Source of the DNA: Octopus bimaculoides
Lineage: Eukaryota
Assembly (NCBI RefSeq): GCF_001194135.2
Contig: NC_068994.1
Span: 1,780,199 to 1,831,933 of the forward strand
Length of the DNA stretch: 51,735 nt
Direction of reading: 5' to 3'
Part shown: positions 1 to 11,628 of the stretch, one piece after another
Numbering within the stretch: the stretch's first letter is position 1
How the letters are laid out: each line of letters opens with the position of its first letter
Made by a program: the position numbers and the translations under genes
The notes under the pieces: model-generated
Seen by the model: the letters and a program-made list of their open reading frames with translations, nothing else
Told to the model about the DNA's origin: nothing
Databases searched by the model: none

Positions 1-861
1 ATCTAAATCTTTTGCAGACACCATTGCAATTGGCCTGTTTCTTTGATGCGTGTTCCTTACTGAGATGTTATAAATATCTTTATTAAATACTGGTGAATTA
101 TCATTTAAGTCTATGACAGATATGTGCACATCTAAAACACCTTGTTTCGATGGATAGCCTCCATCTTTGGCAATAACTTGTAGATTATAAGAATCTTTTA
201 CCTCCCTGTCTAATTTCCTTGCCAAAATGATTCCCAGTTCAGAACTACCAGTAATGGTTTTCCTTGCAGACAATGTGAATGGTAAGTCTGGTTTATTTCT
301 TAACTGATATGATATCTTTGAATTCATAACTCCAACATCTCTATCAATGGCATTTGGCACAGCTAGCATCACTCCTTTACCATCTCTCTCTGTGAAATGA
401 AGATCAAGTTCTCTTGTAGGAAACATTGGTTGATGGTCATTAATGTCATCAATAATGATCTTGACTTTTAAAATGTTCATGTATTGGGTACTGGATCTCT
501 CAGACAACTGCACTGCCACTTTGATAATTCTGCTGCACTCCTTCTTCACTGTGCACAGTTCCTCAGCATCCAGCCTGTGTGCAGTGTACAGCTTGCCTCG
601 TTTTGTTACATTAAACAGTTCCATTTCGCCACCAGCACCTTTTTGTAATTGATTAAACGATATCAAACTGGAATGTTTTAATGAAGAGTCACTCATTAAC
701 AGGAAGTCTGCAGCAATATCACTGACATAGGTTCCTTCTCTCTGTTCTTCCTCCACGTGGTAGCTGATGTCTACACACAAGGAACCATTGAGATAAATCA
801 AGACTGTGACCAGTTGCAGTAAGATGCGGAATCTGGGTGTTTCTGTCATCTTTATCTTCAT
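1..861 (-). CDS. Protocadherin (Pcdh-A), N-terminal part: signal peptide, EC1, EC2, start of EC3; continues beyond the window start
   Basis: Manual translation gives a stop-free frame from ATG 861 (or in-frame ATG 849) to base 1, with an in-frame TGA upstream at 873-871. Sequence: MTETPRFRILLQLVTVLIYLNGSLCVDISYHVEEEQREGTYVSDIAAD...LDAEELCTVKKEC...DDINDHQPMF...DRDVG...LDREVKDSYNLQVIAKDGGYP...DLNDNSPVF...SAKDLD. It has DxNDxxP, DxD and DRE/DAE motifs and the EC1 C-x5-C motif. Clear paralogue of Pcdh-B. Confidence 0.95.
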   Translation of the reverse strand, partial: MKIKMTETPRFRILLQLVTVLIYLNGSLCVDISYHVEEEQREGTYVSDIAADFLLMSDSSLKHSSLISFNQLQKGAGGEMELFNVTKRGKLYTAHRLDAEELCTVKKECSRIIKVAVQLSERSSTQYMNILKVKIIIDDINDHQPMFPTRELDLHFTERDGKGVMLAVPNAIDRDVGVMNSKISYQLRNKPDLPFTLSARKTITGSSELGIILARKLDREVKDSYNLQVIAKDGGYPSKQGVLDVHISVIDLNDNSPVFNKDIYNISVRNTHQRNRPIAMVSAKDLD

Positions 862-948
862 CAAAACTAGTCATTGTCATCACTGTCACCATCAACAACA
901 GCAGCATCTTCAGCATCAGCAATGGTCTGATGGATGAATCAACCAAAT

Positions 949-966
949 CTGGAAGTAAAAAAATTT
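949..966 (-). promoter_or_regulatory. 3' splice acceptor 87-99 nt upstream of the Pcdh-A start codon (5'-UTR intron)
   Basis: Minus strand reads ...tttttttttacttccag|atttgg with AG at 950-949. The main frame is closed between the acceptor and the ATG. Confidence 0.7.
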
Positions 967-1454
967 AAAGATGTCTGTTAGAAAGTGTAATTGTAGATCA
1001 AGTAGAATTGCATGTATGGTGTCAAAGGTTAGAGGTCAATGGTTGAATTAGATTGGAGGGAGGGACTTTGCACAACAAATATATAACAAACAGAAGGACC
1101 AGTTGAGATCATGATGTCAAAGGTTCAGTACTGTTAGCAGGAAATGTCTGTGGGGTTATTGATCTATTTTATACGACAACTAATGGACTATGGCTCCATT
1201 GGTGAAAGGTTTTTAATTGACTAATCATTGGTTTGTTTCACATCTTAAAGAAGGCAACAATTATAAAGGGGATGGTTCTGGCCTGGTATAGATGTTGTAA
1301 GGGTCACTAGAGTTTTGGGGTTTTCTTGTCTATGTTTGCATACTTCACAGGACTGATCATGACAGCCCAGTCTAGAGTGAGGTTCTGCATAAACAGTTGA
1401 CATTTGATGAAATAAAGATACATACACACAAGCACATATATATACATACACATA

Positions 1455-2137
1455 CAGGGTGTGATGGGTGAATTGTCACCATTTTATATTTTTTATTTTG
1501 TGCATGTGCATTGTTTGTTTTTAATTTTGTCCACTACACAGTATAGTAGGGTCAGTTCGGCACCATCTGTGAGAAAAACAGCACCAGGTCATTATTCACT
1601 CTGCCAGAAATTCGGAAACAATATGCGGTACTGCTTGGAATTTGCACTGGAAGCTCCAACACAAACATTTCAGAGTGTTTGGGTGTCAATTTGAGGATAA
1701 AGTGTGATAAAAAACAAACATCCAGTCAACATCAAGGTGTTTGGAGTGATCACTAGTGATAGTCACGTTATGCCTCCATTTATCTTCCCACACGGCCTCA
1801 GACTGAATACGGAGACCTACATCAAATGCCTGGAGGAGGTAGTGCTGCCCTGGGTCAAGAGGGTGGCTGCTGGAAGACCCTATATCTGGCAACAGGACTC
1901 TGCACTATGCTACACAAACAGGAGAACCCAGTCATGGCTGTCAGACAATTTCTGCAACCACACCACCCCTAACATCTGGCCACCTAACTCCCCAGTCTGC
2001 AACTCCCTTGATTATTATGTTGATTATTATGGGGCACAGTTGAGCGAGAGACAAACAAAACTCCTTGCAACACCAAAGATGAACTGAAGGCAAGGATTAT
2101 GGCAGCATTCACCAACTGAAACAAGGAGAATGTCCAA
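1455..2137 (+). mobile_element. IS630-Tc1-mariner DD37D (maT-type) DNA transposon, family 1; internally deleted and 3'-truncated
   Basis: TA at 1453-1454 then the terminus CAGGGTGTGATGGG. ORF 1704-2087 reads VFGVITSD..PPFIF...WQQDSALC...WPPNSPVCNSLDYYV, with 37 residues between the second and third catalytic D. Confidence 0.9.
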
Positions 2138-2140
2138 ACA

Positions 2141-2232
2141 CTCACCCCAGGTGCTACACAGTGGGACTGAACCTGGAGCCATTGTGGTTGGAAAGCAAGT
2201 TTCTTATCACACAGTCACACTTGTGCCTCCAT
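2141..2232 (-). mobile_element. tRNA-derived SINE head (family B)
   Basis: Reverse complement matches the gtgtg..aag...ggttcagtcccactgtgtagcacctgggg head seen in the 23690-24072 copy. Confidence 0.7.
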
Positions 2233-2334
2233 GCAGGCAAATGTATGTATGTATGTATATATATGTGTGTATACTTATATATATATGTTGTATAGATAGA
2301 TAGATAGATAGATATGTATGTGTGTGTGTATATA

Positions 2335-2366
<32 letters not shown>

Positions 2367-2749
2367 CATACCGGTATGTATGTAAGTATGAATGTATATA
2401 TCTTTATATCTACATAAGTACATATATATGTATATGTGTGTATGCAAGTTTTCAGGCATGTATGTATATATATGTATGTATGTATGTGTGTGTATATAAT
2501 GTAGGTGCCAATAATCAGATATTTTTGGTCATCCTCCTGTATTTAGAGGTATATAATCTGTAAGATAAGCAGAAAAGTAGACAGTAAGATGGTGGAGAAG
2601 AGGAGTAGGAGGGGGCGTGGAGGCGGGGCAGAAGTGTAGGGGGCGGGGAGGTTAGGCTGTTTAGATGTATATAGTTAACTGTTACATATGGCTGGTCATT
2701 TAGTAGTAGTAGTACTATTACAAATACACTACTATTACTACTACTTTTG

Positions 2750-3145
2750 ATACTACTATGAGTAATACTGTCTGAGCTTTGGTTTTTTGCTGCCTCATCA
2801 CTTTTGTCCCTACCAATACCTCCATTAGTACCATCGACAGCACCACTACCTCCACTACAATCATCACTTAAACCAACTTAACACTACCAGTACCACCACC
2901 ACCACCACCACCACCAAACCCCACACCACTTTGACCAGACTACACCACATAATACTCAATATTACCACCACTGTTACTGCTGCCATCACCACTATCACCA
3001 CACTACCACTAACACTTTCTCCATCACCACCATCACAGTCATTACAAACACCACCCCTCACCACCACCACCACCACTTTCGCCGCCATCACCAACATAAC
3101 CGCCACCGCCGCAGCGCCACCATCGCTGCCACCACCTTCGTTATG
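2750..3145. repeat. (CAC/TAC)n-rich low-complexity tract
   Basis: Direct reading; it produces the poly-T/poly-V ORFs. Confidence 0.9.
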
Positions 3146-3437
3146 AATTAATTGCTTAAATTATTGATTTCTTCAAACTGTCTTGTATCTCTGTCAGTTT
3201 AGTTTCTTCACCTGAGTGGCGGGATGGAAGGGTGTGGTGGGGAGAGACAAGGAGGAGGGACACACAGACAGACAAAGAAGTGTGAAGATGGTGGGGGTGG
3301 AGGTACAGGCAGGAGGAGGAGGAGGAGGAGGCAGAAGGGGTCTGTTGAGAGAATACACGTGACTGGTTCAATAATGGCAGCACTGTTGGAAAAAGACTAA
3401 AGCCCCGGTTATTTTATAGTCAATATATTGTATAGAA

Positions 3438-3628
3438 GGATGCTGTGGCAATCATGCCTTGCTCTAGATATTTTATGTGTTATATATAGCTAGAGAAAGG
3501 GTTTATTGTTGGGGGCTTGATGTAGTGTCATTCATGCCTTCCTCAAGATATTTTATATATCACTAAGGCATAGTGAGGTACCATTTTTGAAAGGCAAGCA
3601 GGATGTGGTGGCAGCCATGCCTCGCCCC
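3438..3628. repeat. Degenerate ~80-bp tandem triplication
   Basis: gatgctgtggcaatcatgccttgctctagatattttat (3439) recurs at +80 as gatgtagtgtcattcatgccttcctcaagatattttat and partially at +163. Confidence 0.55.
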
Positions 3629-4088
3629 ATCAGAAATGTTCCTTTGAGACTTCATTCTTAATTAAAAAAGAGAAAGTTCTGTGGCAATGTTCTGGCAATT
3701 GTGACTGAATGCCACCATGTTTCCATTCCATTCTATAGAATAAGGAATATTTTAAGGAGTGGTTGGCATGGCATGAATGTTCTACAAATGTACTTTAGAA
3801 ACACATGTTCGATTCCCAACCCTCCCCCAACCCCATTCAGGTCACTCTTTCTTATATGTATAAATACACACACACATATACATATATATACATACATGCA
3901 TACACATACACACACACACATATGTATTTATATATGTATGTATAAGTACGTGTGTGCATATGTATATACATATATACACACAAACATACACACACGTGTA
4001 TGTATGTATATACATGCCTCTGTTTATCAACTGAATATGAATCATACGCGGATGTATAATCGTTTGCCCATCCCCACAAACTGCAAAA

Positions 4089-4131
<43 letters not shown>

Positions 4132-4559
4132 AATACACATTTATGTATAATGTTTACATATATGCATATGCGTGTGTGTGTGTGTGTGTGTGTAGTGCAT
4201 GTTTTGTGGAAGGAAGGGAGAGAGAGCAGGGGCTATGATACATTGAGCACACCCCCAAGCCTGATGTGATTCATGTTCAGTTCAAAACTAGAGACATTAA
4301 GTGGAGGGTGAACAAATAGGACAAACTTTTAAGTAGTTGCTTGACATACTAGAAATAGCAGCCGAATTTCCCTCTGGACCTATTTTATTGTTCTTAGGCG
4401 TATGAATGGATACCTTACATGATGTAGCCCTTCAGAGTCTTAAAAATCCTGTGAGAGACAGCAAGATTGCCCTTGATCATAGGTCAATGGTATGGTTCAC
4501 TTAGGGATAAAGAATACCAGCAAATGTATGCAGGGGGATTTAGTTGAGGAATAAGTGCT

Positions 4560-5010
4560 GGGGAAGAATGATTGGATAGCTATTCAGTGCAGGATCTGGA
4601 ATGAGAGGCAGATTGGATATGATTGAGTGTCAAGGGAATCAGTGAGAACTGAGGCAAATGGGGACAAGTTAAGAGGTTTAGAGGAAATAGGTTTGGTAGA
4701 AGAGAGTGGGGAGAGAGAGGAAATGGGGAAGAGGTGGGGGGGACAGATTTGTGGGCAGGGGTCAGAGAAACATTGATCAATCATTTGAATGGCCCTATTT
4801 GGATATGGACCCTGATATTTGTGTGAGTAGCTGTAATCCTGCCCAAGATATGGTATCAGTACTCCTGATATGCCAGCCACACCTGAGTATTCTTGATGGT
4901 CAACATGTAATTGGAACAGAAGTACTTCCTAACCCTAACCCCATTCCCAGGCCAGGTCCTGATCATTGTACCCAGTTCTTTCTTCCCATAGTGTCTCCCT
5001 TTCAGAGGTC
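4560..5010 (-). mobile_element. Degenerate CR1/L2-like LINE, 3' fragment of ORF2
   Basis: Minus frame ...MLTIKNTQVWLAYQEY*YHILG...HIQNRAIQMI resembles the post-RT C-terminus (Y..QVR...EYC.H.W.G...IQ.RAIRLI) also seen at ~14400-14600. Confidence 0.6.
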
Positions 5011-5084
5011 CAGAGGTTTCTCCTTGCTCCATGTTATTTCTGCAGTAGTTAACTTACAATATTGGTTTCAAATTTTAGCACAAG

Positions 5085-5266
5085 GGAGGGATTAAAGGTT
5101 GAATCAATTACATCAACCCCAGAGCTCAACTGGTCCTTATTTTACTGACCCCAAGAGGATAGAAGACAAAGCTGACCTCAGCAGAATTTGAACTCAGAAT
5201 ACAACAACAGACAAAATGCCACTAAGCATTATGTCCAGTCTGCTAATGATTCTGTCAGCTCTCCAC
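5085..5266 (-). mobile_element. tRNA-derived SINE (family A)
   Basis: Reverse complement has box-A-like tgacagaatcattag, box-B-like gagttcaaattc and the ctttgtcttctatcc...ggaccagttgag...ggggttgat core. Confidence 0.8.
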
Positions 5267-5369
5267 TTTCAATCTTAACCATTTTTCCATCAATATCCAA
5301 AACTATGATGGCATTGAGGGAAAGGGTGACCGGAGAATTCTTGATTCTTCAACTTGTTTTTCCCTTCTC

Positions 5370-5552
5370 CTTCGGAGTTGGTCCCAGTTGGCACCAAGTA
5401 ATTTGTCTACCATCCCTGGAGTGGTTGGCCTTAGGAAGGGCATCCAGCTGTAGAAACACTGGAAGATCAGATTGGAGCCTGGTGCAGCCTCCTGACTCTC
5501 CAGACCTCAATCAAACCGTTCAACCCATTCCAGCATGGACATTAAACTATGA
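5370..5552 (+). mobile_element. Interspersed repeat (family D; ggaagggcatccagc core, (GAT)n tail), probably a SINE
   Basis: aggaagggcatccagctgtagaaac ... caacccattccagcatggac..tgatgatg. Related copies lie at ~15850-16020 (+), ~15640-15710 (-) and ~51300-51470 (-). Confidence 0.6.
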
Positions 5553-5583
5553 TGATGTGTGTATGTATGTAATATATGTATAT

Positions 5584-6475
5584 ACAGGTGTTCAGGCTAA
5601 ATTTGACAATTTCATTAAGTCTCCTTTTTTTCCGGAAAAGATGATGAACAGTCAATGGTGTAGGAGAGCATAAAGATTAAAGTTGTAGTTCAGAAAATGT
5701 TAGCTGACGTGGAGGACTGGAAGCCATCAGAGTATTAGAAATGAGTTACCTGTATCATGATGATTTATGCTGAGTATCAAATTTCTGACATCATGACTGC
5801 TGCTCAATGCTCTGTGGACCCAGTAGAAGCTGTAAAACATGGAATAGACAGCTGTTACAGAGATGATGAAGCCATGGTCAGCAAGAAAGAACATAGCAGG
5901 TGTTCCAACTGTGTGCGCATGCCAAAATTCATCCAACAACTGCATNNNNNNNNNNNNNNNNNNNNNNNNNNNNNNNNNNNNNNNNNNNNNNNNNNNNNNN
6001 NNNNNNNNNNNNNNNNNNNNNNNNNNNNNNNNNATAGCAGGTGTTCCAACTGTGTGCGCATGCCAAAATTCATCCAACAACTGCATAACAAAGCCTTAGG
6101 CTCAATTATCATGGCTATGTGGAGTGGTTAGAGACTCTGGTCAAAAACGTGCTGGAGACGTTTGCTGCTGGAAGGCCATATGTATGGCATTAGGATTTGA
6201 CACCTTTTCATACTCGCTTCTAGAAAGAGTCAGAAGTGGTTGTAGGAGAATTTCTATAACTTTATTACCAGCACCAATTTCTGCTCTCCTAATCCCCCAA
6301 TTGTAATTCCATGGATTACTATGTGTGGGGTGCAGATGAGAGAAACATCAAGTGCTTCTACCTGCAACATCAAGCCTGAGCTGGTGACCAAGATCAAAGC
6401 AGTCTTTGAAGACTCTCCCCAAGGACACAGTGAGAAATGCATATGCCAAGTTCCAGAGCCATCTCAAGGCTGTGG
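5584..6475 (+). mobile_element. Second DD37D/maT-like transposon (family 2), degenerate and internally deleted
   Basis: TA then CAGGTGTTCAGGCTAAATTTGAC. N-terminal remnant ...YRDDEAMVSKKEHSRCSNCVRMPKFIQQL. Frameshifted catalytic remnant FAAGRPYVWH*D...SRKSQKWL*ENFY...PN..NCNSMDYYVWGA...ELVTKIKAVFED. Gap at 5946-6033. Confidence 0.8.
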
Positions 6476-6510
6476 TCTGAACTGGTTTAATTATATATTT
6501 CTTTATTGCC

Positions 6511-6697
6511 CACAGGGGGGACAAAAAAAGATAAAGTCAATTACATCGACCCCAGTGTGTAACTGGTACTTATTTAATCAACCCTGAAAGGATGAAAGGC
6601 AAAGTCGACCTCGGCGGAATTTGAATTCAGAACATAACGGCAAACGAAATACCGCTAGGCATTTCGCCCTGTGTGCTAACGATTCTGCCAGCTCACC
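6511..6697 (-). mobile_element. tRNA-derived SINE (family A), well preserved
   Basis: Reverse complement: ggtgagctggcagaatcgttagc...gaattcaaattccgccgaggtcgactttgcctttcatcctttcaggg...aagtaccag...ctggggtcgatgtaat. Confidence 0.9.
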
Positions 6698-8074
6698 TGG
6701 TTTAATTATATAATGTGTATAAATGAGAACAGCTGCATAAAAAAGAGCAGGTCACTAAAGTGGATGGAACTTGTGGAAAAGGTAAGCCCAGAAAAACCTG
6801 TGATGAAGGAGTGAACATTGATCTCAGGATGCTGAGTCTCACAGAAGGGAAGACAAAGGACAGAGATGATTGGCTTTTTGAATAATTAAGAATCACATCT
6901 CATGACACAGATGCTTCGAGAAACTTAGAAAAGGGAGGTTACTCTATAATCTTTCTTGCAAGGGAGATCATTCAACTATTTAGCTACGTAGATCACTACA
7001 ACCCTTCTCCAGTATATACACAGAATACTCTGTCTGAGTGTGGTAGTGAAACCAACTTAAGAGGGGTTGTCATATCTTCAACAGGATTAAATGCTCCTCT
7101 TGACCATGCATTTTGTCTTCTCAACCGCTGACCACTTTATATAATGACAGGTGGTGCATTGAATGTTAGATCACTGTCTACTTTTTAAATTGTAACAATT
7201 CTGTTTGTTTAAGGTAGAATAGCCAGAGAGTAAACAGAAGATTAGAGTAATTGAGGGGTGTGAAATGGAAGAGAGATAATTATGGCAGGAGTAATGGATG
7301 AGAGACAGTAACGGTAGTTCTATGTTTGCTGGTGTAAGAGTAGAATCAAATGATGGATGATGACAGAGATGGGTAATTGTGAGAGAGAATGATGGATATC
7401 AGTAAGGAATTTGTCTGTGTATATATTATGGATATGTGTGTGTGTCTGTGTTTGTGTATCAATGTGCCCATGTATGTATCTCTCTCTCTATGTGTGTGTG
7501 ATATGTATGTAGGAAAAATAGAAGTTGAAAATGCACTGAGAATAATTAAAATACTTTTTATCAATACATCTAAAGCTTTAACCGGTTTCACAGTTTACAC
7601 TGATTGTCCAGAAAGTCCAAATAGAAAGCCATGGCTTATGTTGCAGTTGTCTTGCTTCTGACTAGTGTTTGAAGCTTGCCCTGTTTTTATGGGGAGTTCA
7701 GGGCTCAAGTTAGTATATGTTTTGGATAGGATTTGATTGGTAGAGGATAGTCACATGACTGGTCTTGGAAATTTTCATAGGTTCCCTGCTACGTCCGTGT
7801 GTTAGTATCAAGTGACAATGTTTGGCATCGTAAGCTAACGCTGACATGGTTTAGTGAATAAGTCCAAACAGTCAATGCTCTGAATGTTTTCTGTCAAGTG
7901 TTTGTACCGAATGAACACATGGTTAAGTTTCTAACCTTTTGTAAATTTCCTGCTGCGTCCATGCGTTTATGTCACATGACAGTATATTTTGCACCTAAAA
8001 AGAGGGCCGACACGGTTGAGTGAACATATTAAGTTATAATCATATATGCATGTATACATATATATATATATATC

Positions 8075-8510
8075 TTTCCTTTCACTTGTTTCAGTCAGAC
8101 TGCGGCCATACTGGGGCATCATTCTTGAATTTTAGTCGATTGTTTTTTTAAGCCTGGTACTTACTCTGTTGGTCTCTTTTGCCAAATCACATAGCTATGG
8201 GGATGTAAACACACCAGCACTGGTTGTCAAATGGTAGTGGTGGTGGTGGTGGAGAAACACAGACACAAAGTCACTCATACATATGCATGCACACACACAC
8301 ACACACACCTGTATATGATGGACTTGAATCCTCTCACAGTGCTTTGGTCAGCCCAAGACATTAGTTCAAGATACTTGTTCAAGGTGCCACATCACTCTAT
8401 GTATTGGTTAACTCAAGGTTAAGGCTGAAGAAACTTGCTCAAGGTATTGCATAGAAGGATTGAACTTTAATCCCATGTTTGCAAAGTAAGCTTCTTACCC
8501 ACCCCACACC
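8075..8510 (-). mobile_element. Family-B SINE tail and fragmented body
   Basis: gtttcagtca..gactgcggccatactggggc tail, gtaaacacaccagcactggttgtcaa, gctttggtcagccc and acttg.tcaaggt motifs, all shared with 23690-24072. Confidence 0.7.
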
Positions 8511-8769
8511 CAACCTGGTCCATCATTACCAAAGTACTTCAATGTCATAATAACTCTGACATTACAGTAATATCATAGTTTGCTATGACACCTAATAGTA
8601 CCCAAGTTCTATAATCACGTGCTAAATGATAGTAAATGTGCAACACAATCCTTTAATACATTATTTACACTTGACGTATATTTGTGCTCATCTTGTTTGT
8701 TGTTAACATGTATTTTTCGATTCCAGGCACCTGAGCATGGTCTATAACAAATTCACTATTATCAGAGTA

Positions 8770-8910
8770 TTTTGTCAGTTCAAATTCCACCGAGGTCAAC
8801 TTTGCCTTTCATCCTTCCAGGGTTGATGAAATAAGTACCAGCTGAACACTGGGGTCAATCTAATCGACTTACTCCTTCTCCTGAAATTGCTGGCCTTGTG
8901 TTAAGAATTC
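8770..8910 (+). mobile_element. SINE family A, 5'-truncated
   Basis: agttcaaattccaccgaggtcaactttgcctttcatcc...aagtaccagctgaacactggggtcaatctaatcgac. Confidence 0.85.
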
Positions 8911-9558
8911 AAAACATTATTAGAATACCTTATGAGGTACTATGTCTTGTACGGTCAACATAGGAAATATTATAGATCAGTATATTAGAAGCATTATAGT
9001 CAACATTAGAAGTATTACGAGGTTTCTACCTACCACATACTATTGACTATAGAACATAAATAGTACTGGACTCTCTCTCTCTCTCTATGCCCAGCTAGTA
9101 TGAAAGTGCAATAACTAATAATTCTGGTTTGTTGTTGTTGTGAAACGTCAGGTCAAGCAAAATTAAGCAGATTTATGTAGACATTCCAATTCCAACTATG
9201 ACTATTCCAACATTTTAAAAAGTATATCTTGAACTACCTTATCAAGGGCACCATTTGCATTTTGAGTTTGAGGGAGATTTAGCTACTATGTCTAGCAGTT
9301 TGGATGATGGTGGAGAATTGCAGATGGTAGCACTGTTGTTTGTGAAAAATTAACATATTTAATATATGATACATTATATGTACATATTTATGTGTGTGTG
9401 TATGTATATAGATATATATTTATATGTGTGTGTATGTATATAGATATATATTATGTGTTTGCACATGTATGGGTGTGTGTATGTGTATGCATGTGTGTAC
9501 ATATATATTATACATTTACATATATATGTACATATATATATATTTATATAGAGTATAA

Positions 9559-9619
<61 letters not shown>

Positions 9620-9688
9620 TACATATATGTATGTATACATATCTATCTATCTATGTATATATATATATATGTATACATACATATATAC

Positions 9689-9736
<48 letters not shown>

Positions 9737-10619
9737 NNNNNNNNNNNNNNNNNNNNNNNNNNNNNNNNNNNNNNNNNNNNNNNNNNNNNNNNNNNNNNNN
9801 NNNNNNNNNNNNNNNNNNNNNNNNNNNNNNNNNNNNNNNNNNNNNNNNNNNNNNNNNNNNNNNNNNNNNNNNNNNNNNNNNNNNNNNNNNNNNNNNNNNN
9901 NNNNNNNNNNNNNNNNNNNNNNNNNNNNNNNNNNNTATATATATATATATATATACATACATATATACATGGGAAAGGCAAGAGAGAGGGAGAGGAGGAG
10001 GAGAGAGAGGGACATAAGTAGGTGAGTAATTACAATGTTGAGACATAGCAAGTCTTAAGATGAGACAGAAATGATGAAGTAGCATAAAAGAAGGAGAATT
10101 AAGAGGGAGGGGGTGCGGGCGGGGGAAGATTATTCCGTGGCCTCCACCTCTTTGCAAGGTTTAGTAAAACATAACTCTCACTTTACAGCAGATAGCTTAC
10201 AGTGTATAAAGTTATATATACACCCACATACACGCCTACCACATATATGCATGCAGTGACATTCACACACACACACACACACACGTGTGTGTGTGTCTAT
10301 ATGTTTGTGTATTTTATATATATATGTGTATATATGTAAGTATATATATATGTATATAAAATATATATAAGACACTTACATACACACACATGTATATATA
10401 TGTGTGTGTATATATGTTTTAGATATATACACACACACACACACATATACATACATATATACATTTACATATATACCTATATATACATGCACACGCACAT
10501 ATACACACATATACACAGATACTCTCACACACATACAACTAAATATGCATACACATACATAATTACACACATCAACATACATGTGGCTAAAGTGTACCTC
10601 CCTCCCTCCCTTCTCTGCT

Positions 10620-10636
10620 GACCTCATGACCACCAA

Positions 10637-10669
<33 letters not shown>

Positions 10670-11077
10670 AGCACCACCGCCACCACATACTGTGACCACA
10701 ACTACAACCACAAGTCTGACCACCACCTCCACAACCAACACACACCACTATGTTTAAGACCACTACCACCGTCACCACCACCAGCACAACCACCACTACC
10801 ACTTCCAACCACAAGAACGACCACCACCTCCACTTTCACCCTCATATATCACAACTACCACTACCACGCACCACCATGTGCATTACTCACCACCACCACC
10901 ACCACCACCACTATTACTGCCGCCATCACTACCACTGCCACCACTACACCACCACCATCCCACACATCACCTTGTCCATTATACCAGCACCAATACAATC
11001 ATGGCCACCACCACTACCATCACCACTGCCACCACCACACCACCTTGTCCATTATACCAGTGCCGGTACAATCATGG

Positions 11078-11111
<34 letters not shown>

Positions 11112-11112
11112 T
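10620..11112. repeat. (CAT)n/(CAC)n tract containing a 73-bp-period tandem duplication
   Basis: caccttgtccattataccag..c...tacaatcatggccaccaccac occurs at 10968 and 11041. Confidence 0.85.
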
Positions 11113-11375
11113 TGAAGGTGTGAGAGCCAAACCTAAGAGAGGTGCTACAACGAAGAAATACAAGCAACAGACGTGCAGACAGACAGACACACAGACATCT
11201 CCTGGTGAAGTCTAACTTCACAACACAGTGACATCATAGAGGATAGCAGCAAATCAGAGAGTCTGTTTACTATCTCTTCACTATTATTAGGTTAGTGTTC
11301 ATCTGTCTGAAAACAATGACCTCTGGGTCACTAGACCAAATTTCACTGGACTCTACATCTAGCTACTTATAGGTG

Positions 11376-11456
<81 letters not shown>

Positions 11457-11539
11457 ACTCACACACACAGATAGATAGACAGACAGATAGATAAATAGCG
11501 ATATATGTAAGGTTGNNNNNNNNNNNNNNNNNNNNNNNN

Positions 11540-11628
<89 letters not shown>

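Noticed and set aside
443-652. Plus-strand ORFs at 443-652, 45971-46165, 47782-48003 and 48018-48254
   Set aside because: Antisense shadows of the minus-strand protocadherin frames.
2364-2381. Perfect palindromes atacataccggtatgtat (2364-2381), (AC)6(GT)6 (10273-10296) and (TG)n(TA)n(CA)n (~31180-31228)
   Set aside because: Expected by-products of self-complementary microsatellites.
5893-6086. 53-bp exact direct repeat flanking gap 5946-6033
   Set aside because: Typical unmerged contig overlap; treated as an assembly artefact until long reads show otherwise.
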